Of a DNA stretch of 64,000 bases, positions 36,728 to 45,201 are shown one piece after another. The stretch is from Clostridia bacterium (GTDB taxonomy: Bacteria; Bacillota; Clostridia; Christensenellales; UBA1242), in assembly GCA_045637805.1 (NCBI GenBank), contig JAZUAE010000018.1, positions 9,703 through 73,702 on the forward strand, in the 5' to 3' direction. The notes under the pieces are model-generated. The model was not told the DNA's origin. It made no database searches and worked only from the letters and a program-made list of their open reading frames with translations. The position numbers were made by a program, and so were the translations under genes. The stretch's first letter is position 1. Every line of letters starts with the position of its first letter.

Positions 36728-36940
36728 AAGGTGGCACAAGTGTCACAGGTGGCACGCATCACTACCTTACCCACTTACCACTTAAACCCCTTTTACCTTT
36801 CAGGATTTTTTGCATTTTTAGTAGGTGCTACCTTGTGCCACCTTGGAAGTTTAAGGTGGCACACATTTGTAGTTGCTAAATGTCTTTATTTTTCGGCAGT
36901 TTTGGGCTTATGTGCCACCTTGTGCCACCTGTTCCACCTT
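36728..36940. repeat. iteron cluster: 6 copies of AAGGTGGCACA/TGTGCCACCTT in both orientations plus degenerate copies
   Basis: GGTGGCAC at 36730, 36748 and 36855. GTGCCACC at 36835, 36912 and 36922. Degenerate GTGCTACC at 36826 and TTCCACCTT at 36932. Locally GC-rich. Lies between the primase-helicase and VRR-NUC genes. Confidence 0.65.
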
Positions 36941-36945
36941 GATAT

Positions 36946-38997
36946 CTAATCTAATAGTTCTTGTTGTTCACAATTATCTGGTTTAATTGCCTTGCCTGTG
37001 TATTTGTTCTTCAAATAAAAGTAATGCCTTTTGCCAATTCTGGTCTTTTTCTCATCAACTTCGTGAATAATTCCATCAAGCCCAAGATCATAGGTCAAAT
37101 GATTTAGTTCCATTCCTACCTTTGTATCGCTACCTAGCCTAGTTCCATCATTCAAAATATTTATACTCTCCATTTTGAACTGAGTCACTGTGCCTCTCCA
37201 GCCACTTGGTTGCCTTTTGAGTAGTTCTTTGATAACTTTAACAATAGGGTTCTTTTCGTATTCGTTTCTCTTTTGCATAGCTTCCTGTTGTTCAGCATCT
37301 CCAATCAAATCCCAACGACCATTTTTCTCGCCTTTGGTTATAACAAGTTCCATTGTTCCTATATCACGACCTGTCGTTGCCATTGTTGCCTCTAAGTCCA
37401 TTCTGTTTTTCTTGTAAATAACCCACGAGTTGTCCGAAACACCTATCAAACCATTTGTTCCGTTTATCATATTGAAAGCATCATTGTTGTCTGATAACTT
37501 TCTCACATGGTGCAATACCAATATGCAAATATGATGTTTGTAGGCAAATGCTTTTAGAATATTCAACTCTCTATAATCCGTTGCATATGCTGATTCATTT
37601 TTCAATGGCATACCACGAACTCTTTGCAAGGTATCAATGACAATTAGCCTAATGTTTGGATGTTCATTCATATACATTTCCAAAGTATCCATTAGCCCTG
37701 TGTCTAGGGTTGGTGCATAAATTGAATACATATAACCTTTTGGCACTGGATCATCGCCTAGGTAGATATCCATTCTTGTTTGAATTCTCTTTTTGCTATC
37801 TTCTAGTGCCAGGTACACTGTGTCTGCTTGAGTGGTTTTGTGTTCAAGGAACTTTCCACCTCTTGCCACTTCGATACAAATTTGTTGCGCCATCCAAGAT
37901 TTACCCAACTTACTTGATGCTACCAATAACGACAAGCCCTCTGGCAACAATTCTTCCACTACCCAAAATGGTGGTGGTATGACTTCATTTCTCAAATCGG
38001 CAGCACTTTGCAAGTCAAACTCAGTTGCTGTGAGCTTCTTTGCTTTGTCTATTGCTACTTGTATCAAAAATTGAAATCTATCTTTGTTCGTTGTTAACAT
38101 TTCATTTGGATCTTTGCAATTCTCTGCCAAATTAAATACCAAGTATTTTACTGCTAGTTTGTCTAGTTCTGCTGACACTTCCTTGGTTGCTTGTTTTCCT
38201 GCATCATCATTGTCAAAGCATAGTATCAATGCACCTTTTGGTTTTGTTTTCTTTAATGCATCTCTCAGTTTATTCAAACATCCTGTTCCACAAGTTGCCA
38301 GTGCCACCCCACCTTCTTGAGCAATGCTCATTGCACAAATGGGACTTTCAACAACGAATATCGGAGTTCTTGTTCTTCCGGCCAATGCTCTTTCATTGTA
38401 TAGTGGTTCTTCGCCAGCATCTTCTTTCTTTGGTTTGAAGAACTTCTTTTCATTTATCGTTCTTGTTTGATAATAAGCAAGGTTGCTACTGTAAGGAATT
38501 GTTATCGCATTTCTTTGGATGTCGTATCCAACTTTAAACTTTTTCAATGTTTCTACTGTCAACCCACGCGATTGCATATATTCTTGCTTTTCAATGTTTC
38601 TTGCACATTCTTGTAGGTATGGCTTGATGTTTGGATTCGGCTCAAAGTTTTCTTCTATCATTGGCTCTACTTTCCTTTCCACTTTCTTTATTGGTTTTGT
38701 AGGTTTGGAGTTGTCATCAAATATTCTTAAACTAAATGCACTGTCAATTAGTTTCGCTGCATCCAGGTTACTAATTTCCTTAAGCATTGCTACAAACTTG
38801 ATAGCATCTCCACCCACACCGCAACCAAAGCATTTGAAAATGTTTTCCTTTTCATCAATGCTAAATGAGGGAGTTTTCTCATGATGGAATGGGCAAAGGG
38901 CTTTGTTCTGTCTGTCAACATCCATATAGAAATGTGCTATAACTTCTCTTATTCCTACTTTGCTTTTTAACTCATCGAATTTGTTATCTAATTCCAT
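36946..38997 (-). CDS. bifunctional DNA primase (CHC2 zinc finger plus Toprim) / RepA-DnaB-like ATPase
   Basis: CPFHHEKTPSFSI..CFGCGVGGD. Toprim VVESPICAMS...DNDDAGK. Walker A SSKLGKSW. LVLHHVRK. Confidence 0.85.
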   Translation of the reverse strand: MELDNKFDELKSKVGIREVIAHFYMDVDRQNKALCPFHHEKTPSFSIDEKENIFKCFGCGVGGDAIKFVAMLKEISNLDAAKLIDSAFSLRIFDDNSKPTKPIKKVERKVEPMIEENFEPNPNIKPYLQECARNIEKQEYMQSRGLTVETLKKFKVGYDIQRNAITIPYSSNLAYYQTRTINEKKFFKPKKEDAGEEPLYNERALAGRTRTPIFVVESPICAMSIAQEGGVALATCGTGCLNKLRDALKKTKPKGALILCFDNDDAGKQATKEVSAELDKLAVKYLVFNLAENCKDPNEMLTTNKDRFQFLIQVAIDKAKKLTATEFDLQSAADLRNEVIPPPFWVVEELLPEGLSLLVASSKLGKSWMAQQICIEVARGGKFLEHKTTQADTVYLALEDSKKRIQTRMDIYLGDDPVPKGYMYSIYAPTLDTGLMDTLEMYMNEHPNIRLIVIDTLQRVRGMPLKNESAYATDYRELNILKAFAYKHHICILVLHHVRKLSDNNDAFNMINGTNGLIGVSDNSWVIYKKNRMDLEATMATTGRDIGTMELVITKGEKNGRWDLIGDAEQQEAMQKRNEYEKNPIVKVIKELLKRQPSGWRGTVTQFKMESINILNDGTRLGSDTKVGMELNHLTYDLGLDGIIHEVDEKKTRIGKRHYFYLKNKYTGKAIKPDNCEQQELLD

Positions 38998-39022
38998 TTT
39001 TACTCCTTCATTGTGAAATTAT

Positions 39023-39712
39023 CTATTCTTCACTGTCATAGTTCTCATGCAAAGTTGATGCCATTGCTTTCACTTGCTCACTCATTCTTTTCACATTGAC
39101 AAGTTCTTGTTCTGTCAAATCTCTTTCATATGCAAGTGTCACTTTGCTAAATGTGATACCTGTTTTATTTGAATCTTTCTTAAGACCAAACTTTGTTACT
39201 ACTTGGTTTGACTTCTTACCTTTTGAAAGCAATCGCATAATGTATTTTGAATAATCGCTTATGCTTGCTGTTGGTAATGTCAAGAGTGTTGGGAAAGCTT
39301 CGCCTGCTCTCAAAATGAAAATTCTTCTTTTTGTTTTACAAGCCTTGCCTCCATTTTCCCCTGTTCCAAATTGATTAAGTGGACAATCTTTGCAAGATTT
39401 CAATTCTCCTGTTTCTCTTTCAACACCATTTATTCCATCCATTGATGAGCAATCTGGTGCTTCGCTTCCACCTGTATATTTTTCCTTGTAGTATGAAAGT
39501 ATTGGGTGGTGATATAAAATCACTGCACTGAACTCTTTTTGTAGGTCTGGTTCATCTGGATTTTCGCCTGGGACCTCAAAGGCAAGTCCACCACCACTTG
39601 GTACTTTTATTCTGTCAAAGGTTATGTTCAACCCTTGCATTTCTTCTTGCAAATCCATTGCTTCGGCATTTGCTACAAATTGGTTTTCTTTTTTAACTAA
39701 ATCGTTACTCAT
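39023..39712 (-). CDS. replication-module protein with Cys cluster (unassigned)
   Basis: 229 aa. PDCSSMDG...CKDCPLNQFG...GKACK cluster. Position between the Gp157-like and primase genes. Confidence 0.45.
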   Translation of the reverse strand: MSNDLVKKENQFVANAEAMDLQEEMQGLNITFDRIKVPSGGGLAFEVPGENPDEPDLQKEFSAVILYHHPILSYYKEKYTGGSEAPDCSSMDGINGVERETGELKSCKDCPLNQFGTGENGGKACKTKRRIFILRAGEAFPTLLTLPTASISDYSKYIMRLLSKGKKSNQVVTKFGLKKDSNKTGITFSKVTLAYERDLTEQELVNVKRMSEQVKAMASTLHENYDSEE

Positions 39713-39721
39713 AGTTATCTC

Positions 39722-40159
39722 CTAATTCTTTTTGACTCTGATTGATTGTTTTTCGAATGTGTTTATTAAGCCTTCCATCCAATCTGGCAACACTCCATCG
39801 TTCTCTTTTTTGCTTTCTCTTACAAAGCCACTAAGTGTGTTTGCATTGATTGTGAAAAGGTTTTCGTATCCACGCTCTTTGAATCGCTTGTACAATTCTT
39901 CTTTTGTTTCTGGGTTCGCTGACTCAAATTCTCTACTTACCATTGAGAACAACACACCATTTCTTTTGAAACTATCTATTTCGCTGTCTGTCATTCTCTG
40001 GATTAGTTCAATTTCTATCTGTTCCAGCAACTTTGAAACATCTTTAAGTTCCTGCTCTAATCCTTGCTTCTTATCTCTTGTCGCAAGGTATTGGTCGGAC
40101 AATGTGAAAAGTTCATTATTTTCCATAATCTCTCCTATTGATTGAACAAACTTCGCCAA
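39722..40159 (-). CDS. coiled-coil replication-module protein (Gp157-like position)
   Basis: 145 aa, helical. Overlaps the SNF2 gene end. The antisense ORF 39732..40145 is low-complexity and rejected. Confidence 0.45.
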   Translation of the reverse strand: MAKFVQSIGEIMENNELFTLSDQYLATRDKKQGLEQELKDVSKLLEQIEIELIQRMTDSEIDSFKRNGVLFSMVSREFESANPETKEELYKRFKERGYENLFTINANTLSGFVRESKKENDGVLPDWMEGLINTFEKQSIRVKKN

Positions 40160-41508
40160 TTATCTACGACTAGGTCTGCAATATTTTTCTTTTTTGATAA
40201 TGCATCAAGCACTTTTTCATCTATTGAGTTTTTTGCTATCAAGTGAATGTAGGTACAATTGTTTTTCTGACCTATTCTGTGGATTCTGGCTTTTGCTTGC
40301 TCATAATCAGCAAAGTTATAAGACAGCGAATAAAACACCGCTGTATCAGCCGCTGTAAGCGTTAAGCCCATACCTGTCGTTTGCAATTGACCAATAAACA
40401 CTTTTGTTTCTTTATCGTTTTGGAATCGTTCAACTTCACTTGCTCGGTCTTTTACATCTCCACGAATAAGTGAGTATTTAATTCCTTCTTTTTTCAGCAT
40501 TCTTGCGATTGCATCTATCTCTGGAATAAACCTTGCAAATATCACAAGCTTCTTACCAGCATCCATGCATTCTTCAACAATTTCTTCAAGTGCATTTATC
40601 TTTGCTGATGAAACTTGTTCTGATATTTCTGAAAATTCATTTTTGATATAACCACCAGTTATTTGTGAAAGCCTTAGCAATTTTGTTAGAACATTTGGTG
40701 TTGCTATTTCGCCACTGTTTAGTTCTGCATAGCTTTCTTTTTCAACTTGGTTGTATATCGCTCTTGCTCTTGGCTCCAGTTCAATGTATCTAGTTGTATC
40801 CACCTGCTCTGGCAAATCAAGAGCTTCTTTTTTGGTTATTCGGAAAGCAATTTTATGTGCTTTTTCAGTTAATTCTTGTAGGTTCTTGTATCCAACAACT
40901 TGGTAGTTTCCATAACCGCCCATGATTGCATATTTCGACCTAAAAGCGTAATAACTGCCACCAAAAATGCCTTCATCCAGGAATTTATACTGTGAGAAAA
41001 AATCCAACGGGTTGTTGGTCACTGGTGTGCCTGTCAAAATCATATTGTGCTTGCTTTTCTTACCCAGCCTATGCAATGCTTTTGATTGCTTTGCCTGTGG
41101 GTTTTTAATCTTGCTTGACTCATCACAAATGATCATATCTGGTTGCCATTCGGCTATATCTTTTTCTAATCTCCAACACGACTCGTAGTTGACTACTGCC
41201 ACCTGGAGTTTTGTTCCAAATAAATTCCTTAACATCTCAGTTTTCTTGTTTGAAGTTCCTTCCAAAACTTTTATTTGGTAGTCAAAATCAGCAAATTTTC
41301 CGAATTCTTCTTCCCAAACTTTTGTTATTGAAAGTGGTGCGACTATAAGCAATTTGTTTATCTCGCCTTTCAAATACAAATGTCCTGCTAAGCCTATACT
41401 TATCAAGGTTTTCCCTGTTCCCATTTCCGCAAGAATAGCAACTGATTTACTAATTCCTGCCATTCTTTTTTCTCCAATATTCTCTAATGTGTAAGCGTGT
41501 ATGCTCAC
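40135..41508 (-). CDS. SNF2-family DEAD/H helicase
   Basis: EMGTGKT, IICDESSKIKN, LTGTPVTNNPLDFFSQ, QAKARIHRIGQ. Confidence 0.9.
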   Translation of the reverse strand: MSIHAYTLENIGEKRMAGISKSVAILAEMGTGKTLISIGLAGHLYLKGEINKLLIVAPLSITKVWEEEFGKFADFDYQIKVLEGTSNKKTEMLRNLFGTKLQVAVVNYESCWRLEKDIAEWQPDMIICDESSKIKNPQAKQSKALHRLGKKSKHNMILTGTPVTNNPLDFFSQYKFLDEGIFGGSYYAFRSKYAIMGGYGNYQVVGYKNLQELTEKAHKIAFRITKKEALDLPEQVDTTRYIELEPRARAIYNQVEKESYAELNSGEIATPNVLTKLLRLSQITGGYIKNEFSEISEQVSSAKINALEEIVEECMDAGKKLVIFARFIPEIDAIARMLKKEGIKYSLIRGDVKDRASEVERFQNDKETKVFIGQLQTTGMGLTLTAADTAVFYSLSYNFADYEQAKARIHRIGQKNNCTYIHLIAKNSIDEKVLDALSKKKNIADLVVDNWRSLFNQ

Positions 41509-41905
41509 TCCTTGTCATCACTTGAAGATTGCTTGGTTTGTTGTTTAATGGGTTGCCATCAACATGGTGAACCACTTCATCACTTTCTAGTGGTCTACCG
41601 AGTTTTAGGCGCATTATTTTTCTGTGTTCAACTTCTCCTAATTGCTTGTTGTAGGTATGCACTTCTTTTCCTTTTCGGTCTTTTGCATTTATTCTTCTAT
41701 TTCTCATTGCAAACCTTTGCTCTAGTGTCCTACCTTTTGCATTCATAGGATTTTCAGTTATGTTGTAGGTTGTAAATCTTTTTGAGTTAAAGTTGTTCAT
41801 GCACTGGCGACAACAGAAGTTCATCTTTTTCATACTTCTTGCATCTTTTACGAACAACTTTCCACACTCATCACAAGGCAACATCACTTCTTTTTTCATA
41901 AGCAC
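41450..41905 (-). CDS. HNH endonuclease with N-terminal zinc finger
   Basis: CDECGK..CCRQC; VVHHVDGNPLNNKPSNLQVMTRSEHTRLH. Confidence 0.8.
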   Translation of the reverse strand: MLMKKEVMLPCDECGKLFVKDARSMKKMNFCCRQCMNNFNSKRFTTYNITENPMNAKGRTLEQRFAMRNRRINAKDRKGKEVHTYNKQLGEVEHRKIMRLKLGRPLESDEVVHHVDGNPLNNKPSNLQVMTRSEHTRLHIREYWRKKNGRN

Positions 41906-41962
41906 CCCAACACTTTCAAAGCAAACTTGAAAGCTTCTAGTTGGTGTTTATATGGCTTTACT

Positions 41963-42310
41963 TTAATTGGCATTGAATAAGAAGTTTTCTTTAAGGATGG
42001 ACAACAATTCTCCAACTGTGATTTCGTTGTATTCAAACCCCATAGCCTCCCAATCAATAATGTCAATCAAGTGATCATAGCCAATGTGTTTTGCTAGTTT
42101 TAGTGCTGACAGGTATCCTACCTTTGCACCTTTTTTAAATAAACTATCTGTTGTAAATGTGTCTGCTTGCTCAACACCGTATTCTCCATCTTCTTTTGAA
42201 TAATAGATTTCTCCAGTGTTTAGCACTTCGACAAGGTCTTGCTTGCTTACTCCATGTTCTTTTAGGTAATCAGCAAGTTTCTCCCCGTCAATAATCATTT
42301 CATCGTTCAT
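41963..42310 (-). CDS. hypothetical phage protein
   Basis: 115-aa acidic ORF. Stop/start overlap with the upstream gene. Confidence 0.4.
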   Translation of the reverse strand: MNDEMIIDGEKLADYLKEHGVSKQDLVEVLNTGEIYYSKEDGEYGVEQADTFTTDSLFKKGAKVGYLSALKLAKHIGYDHLIDIIDWEAMGFEYNEITVGELLSILKENFLFNAN

Positions 42311-42672
42311 TTCTCTACTCCTGCTAATTTTGTAGGTAGTGAGTATTCTTGGATTAAAGACTCCAATAATTCCTGGTCAACATCTTCGCCACCTAACTTC
42401 TGCAAAAGTCGAAGTGCCTTTTCTATGAGTTGCAGCTCATCATTTGACCTTATTTTCCCTTGATGTAGGTAGTTCTCATCCAACTTTACTCCACCATTTT
42501 TGTTTCCACAGAAAGTCTGAATAGGATAACGATATGAAAGTGATTGTATATGGCTTCTAACTGTTCTTTCTGAAACTTCTACTTTGTCTGCTATCTCTTG
42601 CATTTTGTGTAATTTGCAATCTGATAAAATGTTTAATATGTCAGCAGTTATGCTTGTATATTTCAAATCCAT
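42307..42672 (-). CDS. winged-HTH DNA-binding protein (first gene of the early block)
   Basis: KMQEIADKVEVSERTVRSHIQSL HTH. GGAGGTGAG SD. Confidence 0.5.
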   Translation of the reverse strand: MDLKYTSITADILNILSDCKLHKMQEIADKVEVSERTVRSHIQSLSYRYPIQTFCGNKNGGVKLDENYLHQGKIRSNDELQLIEKALRLLQKLGGEDVDQELLESLIQEYSLPTKLAGVEK

Positions 42673-42799
42673 TTCGTTATCTCACCTCCTTTTTTTCTGT
42701 TTCAACGCCTTAACTTTAGCAAAAGTATTCGGAAACCATCTTTCCGAGTAGTTCAACTTTTTTTATTTTTTTTGAAAATTTTTTAATTGTTTTTGCAAT

Positions 42800-42852
42800 A
42801 AAAAATCCCAAGTCGTTTAGGGCGCAAAGTACCCCCTTCACTGACTTGGGAT
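42800..42852 (-). terminator. intrinsic terminator
   Basis: ATCCCAAGTC-N28-GACTTGGGAT followed by TTTTTT on the minus strand. Confidence 0.6.
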
Positions 42853-42964
42853 GTCAAATTAACATTTATATAAATATGTAGGTTAAAAGTGTCTTGTATC
42901 AATACGCAAAACCCTCCAATCTACTTACAGATTATTTATCTTGCGTACAATATCTACTATAATT

Positions 42965-42996
42965 TTACAACACACTACGTGTGTTGTAATTTTTTT
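42965..42996 (+). terminator. plus-strand hairpin plus T-run with no annotated plus-strand gene
   Basis: Perfect 11-bp inverted repeat TTACAACACAC-TAC-GTGTGTTGTAA followed by TTTTTTT. Confidence 0.45.
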
Positions 42997-43047
42997 ATAA
43001 ATAGTTTTATTTTTGTTTTAACACTACTTTTGTCGTTTAATGTAAAT

Positions 43048-43099
43048 AAAAAAAATCCCAAGTGCTATGCCTCATTTTCTATAGGCAAAACTCTTGGGT
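43048..43099 (-). terminator. intrinsic terminator after the lexA/zinc-ribbon operon
   Basis: CCCAAG...CTTGGGA followed by T8 on the minus strand. Shares AAAAAATCCCAAGT with the 42800 terminator. Confidence 0.55.
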
Positions 43100-43137
43100 T
43101 TCATCTTCATTTATATAAGGAACTCTTAGGTTCTCTA

Positions 43138-43353
43138 TTAAGCTGGCTTTACTTCATATGTTACATATACTAAGTTTTTACATTTAACACACTTTAATGT
43201 TTCCAGCATATCATCTTCTTTTTCATTAACTGGTCTATTGCATAATGTTCTACTTACAGCCCTTTTATTTTTGAAGAACCGAATCGCCAAACATCTTCCA
43301 CAAATAGGACAATGAACTTTTGTTTCAAATTTCATTTTTCGCCTCCTAAACAT
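43138..43353 (-). CDS. small zinc-ribbon protein co-transcribed with lexA
   Basis: CPICGRC ... CVKCKN. 71 aa. 8-nt overlap with the lexA stop. Confidence 0.45.
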   Translation of the reverse strand: MFRRRKMKFETKVHCPICGRCLAIRFFKNKRAVSRTLCNRPVNEKEDDMLETLKCVKCKNLVYVTYEVKPA

Positions 43354-43942
43354 TATGTATTATTTGTTTTACAACTCCTTGGATTTGAATTTCATCAACA
43401 ACAATGTCATTATATTTAGGATTTTCTGGATGTAAACGATATTTCCCATTTTCTTTATAATACCTTTTTACGGTTGCAGAATCATCAATAAGAGCAACAA
43501 CTATATCTCCATTTTCTGCCGTATTCGATATGCGAGCAATGATTAAATCCCCATTAAAAATCCCTACTCCTGTCATACTATCTCCACAAGCATTAAGAAT
43601 CATAACAGGTTCTGTTCCAAATATTGAAGTTGGCAATCTAAAAGTTTCCTCTATATTTTGCTCAGCCAATATTGGTGAACCACATGCAATATTTCCAACC
43701 AATGGGGCTACAATGGTTTTACCTGTGCTTAAGTGAGATGGTATAACTATTTTTCCAAGTGAATTTTGCTCTATTTGTCCTCTATCTTTTAAAATCATCA
43801 CATACTTTTGAGCCGTAGCAAGGCTAGGGAAACTAACAGCCTTTGCAATTTGTCTAAAGGATGGAGACATTCCTTCTTTTTGCTGGAAATTTTTTATAAA
43901 AACTAGGACTTCTTGAACTTTATCTTCTCTTATGACTTTCAT
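43346..43942 (-). CDS. lexA: LexA repressor (198 aa from the internal start)
   Basis: N-terminal wHTH (GMSPSFRQIAKAVSFPSLATAQKYVMILKDRGQIE). S24 peptidase GDSM ... VKRY. GGAGAAGGA SD before ATG 43942. Confidence 0.85.
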   Translation of the reverse strand: MKVIREDKVQEVLVFIKNFQQKEGMSPSFRQIAKAVSFPSLATAQKYVMILKDRGQIEQNSLGKIVIPSHLSTGKTIVAPLVGNIACGSPILAEQNIEETFRLPTSIFGTEPVMILNACGDSMTGVGIFNGDLIIARISNTAENGDIVVALIDDSATVKRYYKENGKYRLHPENPKYNDIVVDEIQIQGVVKQIIHNV

Positions 43943-43964
43943 ATCCTTCTCCTGGAGTTTTAAG

Positions 43965-44019
43965 CGAACACATTGTTCGTTTATGTTTGAATTATAGAAC
44001 ATTTGTTTGATAAATGCAA
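43965..44019 (-). promoter_or_regulatory. lexA promoter with two SOS-box-like palindromes
   Basis: TTGCAT (44019-44014), 17 nt, then TATAAT (43996-43991). AGAACATTTGTTTG at 43996-44009 has the GAAC-N4-GTTT Cheo-box form. CGAACACATTGTTCG at 43965-43979 has an atypical 5-nt spacer. Confidence 0.6.
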
Positions 44020-44038
44020 GTGGTTTTAATAATTTCTT

Positions 44039-44066
44039 AAAAAAAAGATGCGATTTTTGTCGCATC
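44039..44066 (-). terminator. intrinsic terminator after the cysteine desulfurase gene
   Basis: GATGCGA-caaaaa-TCGCATC followed by T8 on the minus strand. Confidence 0.65.
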
Positions 44067-44067
44067 C

Positions 44068-45201
44068 TTATTTTATCTTTTTATTTAATTGTTTAATCGC
44101 TTTATGCAATGCCCTAAATTCCCTTGCTTTTGTAAATAAACCTACACTAAATCTTATTGTTCCTGCTGGATATGTACCAAGAGTCTTATGTGCAAGTGGA
44201 CTGCATTGCAACCCTATTCTTACTGCTATGTTTCTTTTATTAAAAAATTCTTCATAATTATCTGGCTGATACTTTGTAGGTACACACGACACTATTGTTG
44301 TTGCATTATCTATGTATAATGGTTTTAGGACTGTTGATTTGCTTAGTATTTTTTTTAATTTCTCAAAGGTTTTTCTTTCCTTTTTTTCAATCTTATCCCT
44401 ACCCATTTTTAGCAAATACTTCGTACTATAATATAAACTAAAAATACCATTAATGTTTTGTGTACCTGGTTCTAATCTTGTTGGCATTTCCTTTGGCATT
44501 TCTTCATTTGCCGAGTCAACCCCTGTTCCGCCTTGAATAATATCTTTTATTTTTATGCCCTTGCGAATAATCGCTCCACCTATTCCTGTAAATCCATAAA
44601 GTGTTTTATGCCCTGCAAAAATTGCCACATCTATGTTATTGTTTTGTAGGTTTGTTTTTACTACTCCACAGGATTGAGCCATATCTAATATAGTCATAGC
44701 ACCTTGCTTTTTCGCACATTCAAAGACATTTTCATATTTTTGTATGACTCCGCAAACATTACTAACATGACATACTATAACTAAATCTGGTTTTTGCTCT
44801 TGAAATTGCTTTCTTATTTTTGCAATATCTAATTGGTATCCATTTGTGGAAAGCATCTTAATCTCAATTTTATAATCTCTCTTTATCTGGTTGACTACTC
44901 TTAATACAGCATTATGTTCAAACTTTGAAATGTAAATTGTTTTTATTTTTGTGTAATCTAAACCTTTTAGTATTTGATTTGTCATATAGGTTGCTGATTG
45001 GCAAAAAGCGACTTCATAGTTATCACTAACACCTACAAGCTTCTTTATGTTTTTTCTTGTAGTTTCCACTATTTCTTTACACTTGCTTTGATTGTTCCCT
45101 CTTGATAGATTTGCACCATATTTTTTATATGCTTTGGCTGCATTGTAAACCACCCTCGGTTTCCTAAATGTAGTCGATGCATTATCAAAGTAATTTATCA
45201 T
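44068..45201 (-). CDS. class V aminotransferase-fold cysteine desulfurase
   Basis: FAGHKTLYG (PLP lysine). RIGLQCSPLAH (catalytic Cys loop). 377 aa. ATGA overlap with the upstream gene. Confidence 0.85.
   Translation of the reverse strand: MINYFDNASTTFRKPRVVYNAAKAYKKYGANLSRGNNQSKCKEIVETTRKNIKKLVGVSDNYEVAFCQSATYMTNQILKGLDYTKIKTIYISKFEHNAVLRVVNQIKRDYKIEIKMLSTNGYQLDIAKIRKQFQEQKPDLVIVCHVSNVCGVIQKYENVFECAKKQGAMTILDMAQSCGVVKTNLQNNNIDVAIFAGHKTLYGFTGIGGAIIRKGIKIKDIIQGGTGVDSANEEMPKEMPTRLEPGTQNINGIFSLYYSTKYLLKMGRDKIEKKERKTFEKLKKILSKSTVLKPLYIDNATTIVSCVPTKYQPDNYEEFFNKRNIAVRIGLQCSPLAHKTLGTYPAGTIRFSVGLFTKAREFRALHKAIKQLNKKIK

Larger units (their letters stand above)
9386..42860 (-). mobile_element. integrated HK97-type siphovirus-like prophage (boundaries approximate; may extend to about 52.85 kb)
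   Basis: Contiguous replication, packaging, head, tail, holin and recombinase modules. Phage-specific repeated motifs reach 9410-9506. No duplicated att core was found, as expected for serine recombinases. Confidence 0.8.

Noticed and set aside
42800-43099. Shared AAAAAATCCCAAGT in two terminators as a possible att duplication
   Set aside because: The copies are only about 250 bp apart on the same side of the prophage, and nothing similar occurs at the left end. This is more simply two related terminators.
43346-44065. Full 239-aa LexA ORF from the track
   Set aside because: The N-terminal 41 codons cover the lexA promoter and SOS boxes. The internal ATG at 43942 has a strong SD and gives a standard 198-aa LexA.
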